From positions 11,408 to 75,407 of the IMG/VR virus record IMGVR_UViG_3300035701_009377: DNA of 64,000 bases. The stretch is one strand, 5' to 3'. This DNA is from a virus. Position numbers and translations under genes: made by a program. A model generated the notes under the pieces. That model made no database searches, was not told the DNA's origin, and worked only from the letters and a program-made list of their open reading frames with translations. Below, piece after piece: positions 17,841 to 26,782 of this stretch. The first letter of the stretch is position 1; every line of letters starts with the position of its first letter.

Positions 17841-19166
17841 TCATTTCTCCAAGTCCATCGGGCCGATCTCTCGGCCGCCGTCGATCCGGTAGCGCCGTGG
17901 GCCGTCCTTCTCGGCCGGCGTCCGTAGCTTGACGTTCATCCGCCAGGTGATTCCGTGCTTGGGGTTGACCCCGTGGAACCATTGGCACGGCTCGCGGTAG
18001 CCGCTGAGGCTGTTGTAGGCAAAGGCGTCGGTGCCCACCCACGAGCCGTTGACCAACAACTCGCCATCCACGTCCGAAAGGATGCTGGCGGCATGGTGAT
18101 GGCCGACACAGAAGTACCGGACCCGTGCTGCCCCTGCCGCCGCCCCCAGGGCGATCAGGCCCTTCTGTCGGCGCGTCATGCCGTACCAGGGGATGCCCAG
18201 GTTCGAGCGGACATCATCGCCGTGGCTGATGTTGAACCCCACACCATTGATCTCGATGTTCGCACTCCAGGAGTCGGGAATCTGGAAGTGGACGTTGCGC
18301 AGTTCCTTGCAGTAGAGGCGGGTCACTTCGGCGATCAGGTAGTCCCAATTGTCCTTGGCCCCGCCGTAGTCCTTCTTCGGTGTCCGCCGGCCGTGATTGC
18401 CGGCCAGGTAGAGGACATTCACCTGCTCGAAGTGGGGAGCCAGGTCGCGGTACATCAGGGCGTGAAGCTGCCCGATCGCCAAGCAGTTCTTGAACTGGTT
18501 GCGGTAGTAGGACCGCTCCGCCGCCTTGTGGATTTCGCCGCTGGTGAAGTCGCCGTAGGCGAGCACGCTCAAAACGGGGAACGCGAACTTCGGAGCCAGC
18601 GTGTCCTGCGTCCACTCAATCACCGTGTCCACGTAGCGTTCGGCCCGACAGCACGACACCAGGAAGTCGTGCTTTTCCAGGTTGCCGACTTCCTCGGGCC
18701 GCACCACTTGATCGTGGTGGCCGTCCGAAAGGTGCATGACGACGTGCTCAGTAATCTGGGCCTTGCGCGGACAGGTGGCGGCCGGCGGCAGGGCCTCGAA
18801 GGGCTTGATCCGCTGGTCCATCTCGGCGACGACGGCCTTGAACAGGCCGGCGATCTTGGCGCTGGCCTTGACCCTTGCCCGCTCCCGGTTTCGTTCCTCG
18901 GTCAGGTGGACGATTTCCGATTCCAACTCCATGATCTTGGCATTGGTCGGGTCGTAGTTCTCAATCGGCTTCCGCTGCCCACCCCCGCGCTTCGGCACGG
19001 GCGGCCCGCCTTCGGGCCAGGGGACGCCGGCATAGATGCGCCCCGTGGCGATGTCCGAGACGGTTGACCGGCTGACGCCGAAGAGTCCCGCCACCTTGGG
19101 CTGCGTCATGCCTTCGGCCAGCTTTGCCTTGAGTTCCTTCACCCGCTCTTCGCTGAGTTTTCTCAT
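17841..19166 (-). CDS. HTH plus coiled-coil plus metallophosphoesterase protein
   Basis: N-terminal HTH (TQPKVAGLFGVSRSTVSDI); SDGH, GD, GNHG, HGD, GHHH motifs. Confidence 0.82.
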   Translation of the reverse strand: MRKLSEERVKELKAKLAEGMTQPKVAGLFGVSRSTVSDIATGRIYAGVPWPEGGPPVPKRGGGQRKPIENYDPTNAKIMELESEIVHLTEERNRERARVKASAKIAGLFKAVVAEMDQRIKPFEALPPAATCPRKAQITEHVVMHLSDGHHDQVVRPEEVGNLEKHDFLVSCCRAERYVDTVIEWTQDTLAPKFAFPVLSVLAYGDFTSGEIHKAAERSYYRNQFKNCLAIGQLHALMYRDLAPHFEQVNVLYLAGNHGRRTPKKDYGGAKDNWDYLIAEVTRLYCKELRNVHFQIPDSWSANIEINGVGFNISHGDDVRSNLGIPWYGMTRRQKGLIALGAAAGAARVRYFCVGHHHAASILSDVDGELLVNGSWVGTDAFAYNSLSGYREPCQWFHGVNPKHGITWRMNVKLRTPAEKDGPRRYRIDGGREIGPMDLEK

Positions 19167-19185
19167 CCTGTTGCCACCTCTGATG

Positions 19186-19344
19186 TTAGTCGAACGCCCA
19201 GCCGTCGAGTTTCTTGTCCATCACTTCGGGATTGATGCGTGCCTTCCGCCGGTTCTTTCGATGAAGCGCCTTCTTGAAGTCGCGTTTCGCCTTCGGGGCA
19301 TCGCAGGCCCGCGTTGTGCGCTTCCAGCTATTCGGTCGGCCCAT
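19186..19344 (-). CDS. Small basic hypothetical protein
   Basis: MGRPNSWKR...; GAGG upstream. Confidence 0.45.
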   Translation of the reverse strand: MGRPNSWKRTTRACDAPKAKRDFKKALHRKNRRKARINPEVMDKKLDGWAFD

Positions 19345-19473
19345 CGGGCACCTCGTTAAACCCCCAGAGCAGCCCACAGCGAGCTGATTCAAGAGAGGCC
19401 GGGCGGCGCTGCCCGCCGCCGCCCAGTCGAAATCGTCGGTCAGGCCAAGATCGGGCAGACGAGAGGGGTGGCC

Positions 19474-20442
19474 TCAGAGCGACCGACTGCTCGCGCGAGT
19501 AAGGAATCGCTCGACCCACTTGATCCCGTCGTTGAAGTCGAATGGCGGTTTACAGGCAGCAGGCGGCTCCTCGGGACCGTCAATTGCTGGATTGCGTTGT
19601 GGATACCCGCCCGGCGACTGGCCGGCATCTTCCACGGGAATCGCCTCGATCTCCTTCATGGTTGGCATGGGCACATCGGCATTGATGGCCCACTCGATCT
19701 TCGACGCCTTGGCCCAAGCGTGGATGCGCCGCACGGGAACGATGAAATTGAAGCCCTGCAACTGCATCACGCCCTGGGTCAACATGCCGATGTACAGGCC
19801 GCTGTCCTTCAGGTACATGCCGCCACCGGACGAACCGGGGAACGAGACGGTCGTGACCTGATCAAAGACCTTGACATTGGCACCCTTCATCGGCAGGGTT
19901 CGGCCTACTTGCGACAGAACGCCGGTGGTATAACTATTGGCCCCGAACTGCCCCAGCAGGCTGCCGCAATGGCTCAGATCGACCCCGATTGCCGGGATGT
20001 AGTTCGGGTCTTTATGGAACCGGGCGCACACGTTGAGTGGATACGCCCCTTTGCAGCGGACCATCAGCACCGCCAGGTCTTCGCCGTAGTCGGCGTCGCT
20101 GGCCTTGATGACCTTGCAGTCGTACTTGACCTCGCCCACCCGGCGGCCGTCCTGCTGCCGTTCCTGGACGATCTCGGCGTCCTTGTATTCGACCAGAATC
20201 CGGGGCGTGCCCTGGGACGTGACCACGGTGCGCGTGGTGCGGAGGCCATCGACAACATGGGCCGCCGTCCAGATGAAGGTCACGGTATCGTCGCCCACCT
20301 GCCGGGTGACGAGGGTGCCGGAGCCCTGGGCGCGGCCCGCCTTGATGGTGACGCTCACTTTCTGCAAATCATCGGGAACACTGGCGATTGCCGGGACCGC
20401 GGCCAGAGCGATCAGGGTCAGGACCACAAGCACGTATTTCAT
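19474..20442 (-). CDS. Secreted trypsin-like serine protease
   Basis: Signal peptide MKYVLVVL...A; TAAHVV, DLAVL, PGSSGGG catalytic triad. Confidence 0.9.
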   Translation of the reverse strand: MKYVLVVLTLIALAAVPAIASVPDDLQKVSVTIKAGRAQGSGTLVTRQVGDDTVTFIWTAAHVVDGLRTTRTVVTSQGTPRILVEYKDAEIVQERQQDGRRVGEVKYDCKVIKASDADYGEDLAVLMVRCKGAYPLNVCARFHKDPNYIPAIGVDLSHCGSLLGQFGANSYTTGVLSQVGRTLPMKGANVKVFDQVTTVSFPGSSGGGMYLKDSGLYIGMLTQGVMQLQGFNFIVPVRRIHAWAKASKIEWAINADVPMPTMKEIEAIPVEDAGQSPGGYPQRNPAIDGPEEPPAACKPPFDFNDGIKWVERFLTRASSRSL

Positions 20443-20471
20443 CGTTGCAACTCCAGGGGTGAAAAGGATGT

Positions 20472-20783
20472 TCACTCAATCACTTCAACTTCGACCATCG
20501 ACTCGTACTCGGGCTGGAAGGAGGCGAGCAAGGCTTCAACGATGTCGTCACGAACGGTCTCGCAGTGCCAGTGGCGAGGCCGCACCGTGGCCTCAGCCAC
20601 CAGAATCGCGTCCTCTCCCGGCTCCTCGAACTTCAGACGAGTGAGCATGGCGAGCGACGGCGGCAGGTCTTCGTCCGCAGGTGGCGGGAAGATCGACCGC
20701 AGCAGTTCTCGTAGACCGTGCTTGGACGGCTGGGTTTCCCATGTGCCTTCGGAAAGCGCCACTCTGCAAACAACATGGCTCAC
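20472..20783 (-). CDS. Hypothetical protein
   Basis: GTGA overlap with the helicase stop. Confidence 0.55.
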   Translation of the reverse strand: MSHVVCRVALSEGTWETQPSKHGLRELLRSIFPPPADEDLPPSLAMLTRLKFEEPGEDAILVAEATVRPRHWHCETVRDDIVEALLASFQPEYESMVEVEVIE

Positions 20784-22747
20784 GTTACCGCTTCCTCCAC
20801 CTGTAACTCTCCGTTGCCGGTATCGTTCCAATCGACGCCCTCCAAGACCTCTCCCAAGGTCATCAGTTCTAAGCGGCGATTCGCACGAATGACCTCAAGG
20901 ACGCGCTCGTCGCTTGGCAGGTGAATCAGGTCCACGATCGTGCATCCCAGGTTCTCGTCCATGCCTTTGCGGTGGATGCGGTCTTCGCTCTGCACGCGGT
21001 ACTCGGGCTTCCAGGAGTTGGACCAGTAAACCGCCATGCGGGCCTCGACCAGGGTCAGCGACATGCCGCCGGACTCCGGGTTGGCGACGAAGGCCACCTT
21101 GGGATGCTCCAGGTTGGCCCAATAGTCCAGCGGCTCCTCGCTGATGTCGCTCTTCCCATCTCCTTCATCGTTGGAGAACACTTGGAACTCACCCTGATCG
21201 CACCGCACCACGTCCCAGCCTTGCGTGAGGCACAGCCTGACGATGCGGTCCACCGAGCCGGTGAAACCGGCAAACACCACCAGCCGGCCGACTTCCTCGT
21301 TCTCCTCCAAGAGCATCTTGAGGGCGGCGTCTTTCGGACAGGGAATCTCCTGGGCGATGCGCGTGATCTTGGCGACTTCCCGCGTGCCGCCGCAGGCCGG
21401 GCAAGGCGCGGTCTGTCTTACGAGCGTGGCAACAAACTCCGGGTCCATCAGGTCCACCGTGCGGTAGACCCGCTCGGGATCGCTCGGATCGACCCACTCG
21501 TCCACTGTTCCGTCAGTACAGTGCGTGCATCGCGTCACGCCGTCCTTGATCTCGCGGTACTGGAAGCCGTCGCTCAATTCGCGCAAGAGCGTCATGCCCG
21601 TGACCGCGTTCACAGCCGAATCGACGAGCGCCTGGGCGACCCGCAAGGTGCTGGGAGTCGGCTTGCAGACGATCTTGCGGTATCGCTTTTCGGGCAGGTT
21701 CAGGCAGTCCTTCTTGTGCTTGACGATCGCCAGCCCCTTGAGCCGTTCGTAGAGCAAGGCAACCTCGTTCTTGCTCGGCTCATAGGAGTGGTAGCCATCG
21801 TCGAAGTCGTCGGGATCGTGCGGACCTTCTTCCCGTAGCTTGCCGCACTTGATGCACTTCCGTTGGTCGTCCTTCCAGCCAATGCGCTTCTTGAAGGTGC
21901 CCACGGACTCGTAGGTCTGATCGACCATGAAGCCGAGGCGCTGTTCCATCGCCTTCGGGCTGCCCTCTTTGAGAAAGCCTGGCCACGCAATCTCGCACTG
22001 ACTCCACCAGTCCACGGGCGTCTTGGGTGAAGGCGTGCCCGACATCTCGATGACGTAGCCCTCGTGGTCGTACCTCTCGCGGATCATGTCGGCGAGCTTC
22101 TGGCACGCCTCCGAACGCTGCGCCGCGGCGTTCTTACACCGGCTCGACTCGTCGCAAATGAATCCTTGCGGCAAGACTTGCGATCCGTCCCAATGATCCA
22201 CGACGGTCTTCAAGCCCTCGTAGGTAAAGAACTCGACCTGAATCTTGTCAAACGGGAAATGCCACTTACGCAGTTCCCGCTTGATGTTCGGCAGGCTCGT
22301 CTTGGGGCCGACCCACCACCACAAATTGATGCCAGAGCGCTCCATGACTTCCTGGGCAGCCAGGGTCTTGCCCGTGCCCATTTCGGCCGCGAATATCTGG
22401 AAGTGGTAGGTCAGGCCGGCGTCGGCCAGGTCGCGCTGGTGCGGCATCAGCGGACGGGCGTAGTCGTGGCGCACGAGCGGCTGGTCGAACCACACAAACA
22501 CGTTCTCGCCCATCAGGAAGGCAAGCTGGAAGCGGTTGCGTTGGCAGTCCTCCACGGACCACATCTTCTGTGGCTTCTCGTCGTCGTAGCCGTGCCACCG
22601 CGAGCCGCGCATCGCCTTGATCTCATCCTTGAGCGAGTAGGGCGACTCGACGAACCAGATGCGGCCGTCCTTGCGCTCGATCTTGGCGGCGACCCGGATC
22701 AGGCTGCCGGAGTCGGTGCGGGTCGTCAGCTTGATGTTCTCGATCAT
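20780..22747 (-). CDS. SNF2-like SF2 helicase
   Basis: EMGTGKT, DESS, SGTP, QSEDRIHR. Confidence 0.9.
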   Translation of the reverse strand: MIENIKLTTRTDSGSLIRVAAKIERKDGRIWFVESPYSLKDEIKAMRGSRWHGYDDEKPQKMWSVEDCQRNRFQLAFLMGENVFVWFDQPLVRHDYARPLMPHQRDLADAGLTYHFQIFAAEMGTGKTLAAQEVMERSGINLWWWVGPKTSLPNIKRELRKWHFPFDKIQVEFFTYEGLKTVVDHWDGSQVLPQGFICDESSRCKNAAAQRSEACQKLADMIRERYDHEGYVIEMSGTPSPKTPVDWWSQCEIAWPGFLKEGSPKAMEQRLGFMVDQTYESVGTFKKRIGWKDDQRKCIKCGKLREEGPHDPDDFDDGYHSYEPSKNEVALLYERLKGLAIVKHKKDCLNLPEKRYRKIVCKPTPSTLRVAQALVDSAVNAVTGMTLLRELSDGFQYREIKDGVTRCTHCTDGTVDEWVDPSDPERVYRTVDLMDPEFVATLVRQTAPCPACGGTREVAKITRIAQEIPCPKDAALKMLLEENEEVGRLVVFAGFTGSVDRIVRLCLTQGWDVVRCDQGEFQVFSNDEGDGKSDISEEPLDYWANLEHPKVAFVANPESGGMSLTLVEARMAVYWSNSWKPEYRVQSEDRIHRKGMDENLGCTIVDLIHLPSDERVLEVIRANRRLELMTLGEVLEGVDWNDTGNGELQVEEAVT

Positions 22748-22938
22748 CAGATGACTCCCTGCTCGATCTGGTCGGCGATCTCGCGGAGCACCTGGGCCTC
22801 GTGCGACTTGGCAATGACGTGCCGAGGGCGGTCAAAGATGTAGGCGAGGCGAGAGACCTCATTGGAAGTCGCCGAGGCCCGCTGCCGAAGGGAAGCGGCG
22901 ATTCGTTTACGGTCGTTTACACGTACTTGTTCGCTCAT
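22747..22938 (-). CDS. Small hypothetical protein
   Basis: AAGG RBS; stop coupled to the helicase start. Confidence 0.5.
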   Translation of the reverse strand: MSEQVRVNDRKRIAASLRQRASATSNEVSRLAYIFDRPRHVIAKSHEAQVLREIADQIEQGVI

Positions 22939-22984
22939 GTATTCCTTCTCTCGTTCACTGAAGTCGCAAAACACTTGAAAGCGC

Positions 22985-24172
22985 CTACAAGGATTCCAGT
23001 CGGCTCGTCGCGATCTCGCAGTAGTGCTCGTCGAGTTCAACGCCGATGCAACGACGACCGATTTGTCGGGCGGCCAGGAGCGTCGTGCCGCTGCCGGCGA
23101 ACGGGTCGAGGATCACGCCGCCCTCTGGGGTCGAAAGGAGGGTCAGTAGATATTCCATCAGCGCGAGAGGTTTGACCGTGGCGTGATCGTTGCCCGGCCC
23201 GCGCTCCTTCTTCGTGGCCTTCGAGCAATAGAAGAATCGGCTTGCCCCGCCAGAGTCGCCGTAGCTCACCTGCACGTCGCCCGCTTTACCGATGCGCCCG
23301 TGATAGCCATCACCGGGCTTGCTGCGGACACAGTTCGTGCCGCTGGTGAGAGTGCCGGTCTGGGCGTCGAGAAGGCGGGCTGCTTCCTCGTCCAAGAGCA
23401 GGTTCGCCGGCCAACGACCACACTCTGAACCGCCCACGGGCGAACGATTAGTGCTGGCCCAGCCCGCGTCAGTCAGGCTATCGCCGCGCGTGCGAACGGT
23501 GCTCTCGGTGCCGATGCGGGAGGCGTCGATGTTCATGCCGGCCACGCCCCACGTCAGGGCATTGTGGGCAATCGTGCCGTCCAACGGCTTCATCGCGAGG
23601 ACGAGCGGCTCGAAGGCCGGCTTCAGGGCCATCGCCCAGCCGGTCCATTTCGTCGCTTCGGGAGTAGCCGGGGCTGTGATGGCGCACTCCGCCTCGGGAT
23701 TGTGCAGGTCGCCGTAGACCTCGTTCGTGCGGCCATTGTTCGCCAAGGAGTAGCCGGGCCGCCCCAGCTTCGTGCCGATGACTTCGCGCTTGATCCCCTT
23801 GGCCTTGTCGATGAGCTTGCCGATGTCGCCGCACTTGGGCATCCCCTGCCCATAGAGCCACATCAGGCAGTCCCGGATTTCCCAGCCGGCCTCTTCGATG
23901 GCGCAGGTCAGGCGGTGGTAGGTCCGCGTGCCACCGAAGGCCAGCAGCAGCGCACCCGGCTTGCACACGCGGGCAATGGCCTGCCAATAGAGCGGGCCGG
24001 GGACGCCGTGGTCCCAGCCCTTGCCCATGAAGGAAAGGCCGTAGGGCGGGTCTGTGAGCGCGAAGTCAACCGACGCCTCGGGCAGCGCCGGCAGCACGTC
24101 GAGCAAGTCGCCGTGGTAGATCGTGATGTCGTTCTTGTCGTAGTACGGTTGCAAAGGATCACCAAGCCACAA
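22985..24172 (-). CDS. N4/N6 DNA methyltransferase (beta class), paralog of 5048-6433
   Basis: TDPPY, LKPAFEP, GRWPAN, HATVKP, LDPFAGSGTT; true start may be TTG near 24153. Confidence 0.92.
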   Translation of the reverse strand: MWLGDPLQPYYDKNDITIYHGDLLDVLPALPEASVDFALTDPPYGLSFMGKGWDHGVPGPLYWQAIARVCKPGALLLAFGGTRTYHRLTCAIEEAGWEIRDCLMWLYGQGMPKCGDIGKLIDKAKGIKREVIGTKLGRPGYSLANNGRTNEVYGDLHNPEAECAITAPATPEATKWTGWAMALKPAFEPLVLAMKPLDGTIAHNALTWGVAGMNIDASRIGTESTVRTRGDSLTDAGWASTNRSPVGGSECGRWPANLLLDEEAARLLDAQTGTLTSGTNCVRSKPGDGYHGRIGKAGDVQVSYGDSGGASRFFYCSKATKKERGPGNDHATVKPLALMEYLLTLLSTPEGGVILDPFAGSGTTLLAARQIGRRCIGVELDEHYCEIATSRLESL

Positions 24173-24220
24173 CAGGCATGTATCTATCAGTTGGTATGCA
24201 GAACGCTGCCCAAATGGCGG

Positions 24221-24745
24221 CTACTGGCGGCATTTGTTTTCCAGGAAGAAGGTTTGGTCCGGGGCTTCGCGCGAGCGGAAGTCGCCCCAGACGTTCAGGC
24301 CCGCGGCGTTGAACAGGCCGTAGATTTTGTTGAAGCAGCAGCGAACCGACGGTTCGGCCGTAGGGCTTGAACCGGATTTGACGGCATCGCGCCATTGGCC
24401 GAGCGTGCCGGTTATGACGGCCGCTAACACCCCGCGAGCCAGGCTTTCTGCCGTCACAAACGGCATACTCGCTGCAAACTGCAAGATGTCGAGCATGTCC
24501 CGCTCGTCGGCGGCCAGAAACACGCTGAACGAGACGTGGGCCAACAGATTTGGCAGCAGGCCGACCGGGGCCTGTGGATCGCGCAGCGCCGCCAGGCAGC
24601 TTAGGAACCGCTCGGCGTCCGACAATTCCCGGCGACAGGCGTCTGTTTGCTGCGCCGGGCTGTAGCCCAAGACCTTGTGGCTGACGCCCAGGAAGGTGCG
24701 GAAATCGACGTTGGGCTGCGTAATCAGGATCGCGTCTGGCTGCAT
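24221..24745 (-). CDS. Degenerate ThyX-fold protein
   Basis: HVSFSVF and VITGTLGQWRDAV...A..SVR resemble ThyX segments; the RHRxxSxxxxSxR signature is missing. Confidence 0.5.
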   Translation of the reverse strand: MQPDAILITQPNVDFRTFLGVSHKVLGYSPAQQTDACRRELSDAERFLSCLAALRDPQAPVGLLPNLLAHVSFSVFLAADERDMLDILQFAASMPFVTAESLARGVLAAVITGTLGQWRDAVKSGSSPTAEPSVRCCFNKIYGLFNAAGLNVWGDFRSREAPDQTFFLENKCRQ

Positions 24746-24901
24746 TGCCTGCTTCTCTGACGAGGGAAAGAACGCCGCCGGGATTCGCACCCGGACCTCC
24801 GAACCGGCCCCAGTCGGGATGCCGGTCGGCGTGCTGCTTGACACCACGGTGTCGAGAACCCCGCCGGGGCCTTGCGGCAAGTCCGGCAGGGAGAAAATGG
24901 A

Positions 24902-25645
24902 CTAGCGGACGCGGCCGGACCCGGCTTCCTCTTCGACCCGCTCGACGCCGTTGTCCTTGACGCTCAGGAAGGCGACGATCTGCTTGCAGATTGCCTCCTC
25001 GGACGGGACCTTGGGAAACGGGGTCGAGCACTTCGTCACCAGCGGGGCGTGCCACGCGCCGTAACGGTTCTCCACCAGCTTGGTCCGCAGGGTGACGGGG
25101 ACTGGACCATGCGCTTCGAGGCTGCTGACAGCCTCGCCGGCCTCACGCTTGCGCTGGATGTCGCCCTCGGTCAGCGGCAGGTAGGGGAAGATGCGCTTGG
25201 CCTCCCGCAAAGCGCTGGTGTTGCCGCAGAAGAACTCCAAGAACCGGGCCGTCGAGCGCTCGTAGACCAGGAAGGAGATGCCGGCTTGGCAGTGGGAATT
25301 GGGCGTCTTGGTCCGCTCTTCGATGTCCTGGAAGGTCTTGGAAGCGCGGTCGTAGCTGACGACGATGGCCTGCATGTCGCGCATGTCGATGGCCTTCGGC
25401 CGCCGCGCCAGCGGCAGGATGTCCACGGAGGTGCCGAGGTCGATGATCTCGTCCTCCGACTCCTTGATGCCGTAGTGGCCCTGGGGAATGAGGCCCTGCT
25501 GGTTGACCTTGCTCTTGGTAAAGAGTTGCAGCCGGCCGATGAAATCGCTTCCCTTGGCGAGATCGGCGAACTGGTCGTCGGTGCCAATCTGGGTGGAGGG
25601 AAGCTGGTTGAGGTTGACGGGAACCAAAGCAGTGGTGTCGGACAT
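24902..25645 (-). CDS. Putative single-stranded DNA-binding or replication accessory protein
   Basis: Size, position and beta-rich C-terminus (TKLVENRYGAWHAP) with an acidic tail; weak assignment. Confidence 0.45.
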   Translation of the reverse strand: MSDTTALVPVNLNQLPSTQIGTDDQFADLAKGSDFIGRLQLFTKSKVNQQGLIPQGHYGIKESEDEIIDLGTSVDILPLARRPKAIDMRDMQAIVVSYDRASKTFQDIEERTKTPNSHCQAGISFLVYERSTARFLEFFCGNTSALREAKRIFPYLPLTEGDIQRKREAGEAVSSLEAHGPVPVTLRTKLVENRYGAWHAPLVTKCSTPFPKVPSEEAICKQIVAFLSVKDNGVERVEEEAGSGRVR

Positions 25646-25705
25646 GGTTGTACCTGGGGTTTCGGGATTCGGGACTCGACGGGCGGATTCGGTGCAGGAC
25701 TCAGT

Positions 25706-26605
25706 TCACGATTCGTCGTCGCTACATAGGCCCTCCTCGGTCTGCATTTTCAGCCTCATTTGGATTCTGCGGTGCTGTTCTTCGACGCTCGTGGCGTCCA
25801 GGTGGAGCGCCCATTGCAAAGCGAGCCGCCAGCCATCCAGCGGCGATTGGCAGTTCCCTGCCGCGAGCAAGAGCGGCGCGGCGCACGGCTGCTGGTATTC
25901 AGAGACAAGTTCCTTGACGTTGCGCAGGTGCGGCACTGGCGCGGCGTCTGGATCATAGAACACGTCCATCTTTCCGTGCCGCACCGCCTCCTGGTACTTC
26001 TTGAGAAAAGCGCCAACCGTCACGCGGAACTCCGAGACAGGGGCGGCTTTCGCCAGAGGGACAAACTGGGGCTGGTGGACTCGCGGGATTCGCGCCAGCC
26101 TGTAGGCCGATTCCAGCGGAATCTCCCCCCGGTCCACGCACTTCTGGATGTCAGCGCGAAGCGCCAACAGGTGCAGTTTGTCCCGCACCCAGCCGGGACT
26201 CTTGTGGACCATCGTCGCCACCCGCGCGATGGTTGCGCCGGGCTTGCTCGACAATATCTTCTTCAACTGCCGGGCGAACTCCGTGGGCGTCGTGTCCAGC
26301 CGCACCGCATTTGCCTGAATCTGGATCGCCAGCACGTCTTCGTCCGTCAAGTTGTGCTTGACAGTGCATGGCACCACGGGCAGGCACAATTCGCGGGCGG
26401 CGGTGAAACGCCGAAGGCCGTCCACTACTTCATACTTGCCGGAGTGTCGCGGCGACGGCCGCACGCAGATGGAATTCAGGAATCCCTTGTCGGCCAGCGA
26501 GTCCCGCAGTTCCAGGTACTCGACCGACTCCTTGTTCACCAGGCGCAGGACCAGCCACGGTTCCACAAGCTGGTCGGTCGGGATGTCTCGGTTTTCGTCG
26601 GGCAC
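25706..26605 (-). CDS. ParB/Srx-domain protein with HTH (second copy)
   Basis: LRDSL...GFLNSI.VRP, YEVVDGLRRFTAA, HTH IARVATMVHKSPGWV. Confidence 0.85.
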   Translation of the reverse strand: MPDENRDIPTDQLVEPWLVLRLVNKESVEYLELRDSLADKGFLNSICVRPSPRHSGKYEVVDGLRRFTAARELCLPVVPCTVKHNLTDEDVLAIQIQANAVRLDTTPTEFARQLKKILSSKPGATIARVATMVHKSPGWVRDKLHLLALRADIQKCVDRGEIPLESAYRLARIPRVHQPQFVPLAKAAPVSEFRVTVGAFLKKYQEAVRHGKMDVFYDPDAAPVPHLRNVKELVSEYQQPCAAPLLLAAGNCQSPLDGWRLALQWALHLDATSVEEQHRRIQMRLKMQTEEGLCSDDES

Positions 26606-26629
26606 TGGCGTCCTTTCGCGTCAACTGGA

Positions 26630-26710
26630 CACCTACACATGAGGCCCAAACACGAAGAATTTCCAAAGAAACTTTGGAAAATCGGAGGTTTTGGGCCTCA
26701 TGTGTAGGTG
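26630..26710. promoter_or_regulatory. Dyad-symmetric divergent promoter pair
   Basis: Perfect 21-bp inverted repeat (26630-26650 / 26690-26710) enclosing TTTCCAAAG-AAA-CTTTGGAAA, between the two divergent replication arms. Confidence 0.8.
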
Positions 26711-26782
26711 ACACTGTTCGCGGCAATCGCACGAGCAAGAGCGCGTTGGATAGAGCGTTTATACGCACCTTGAGGACGAGCC

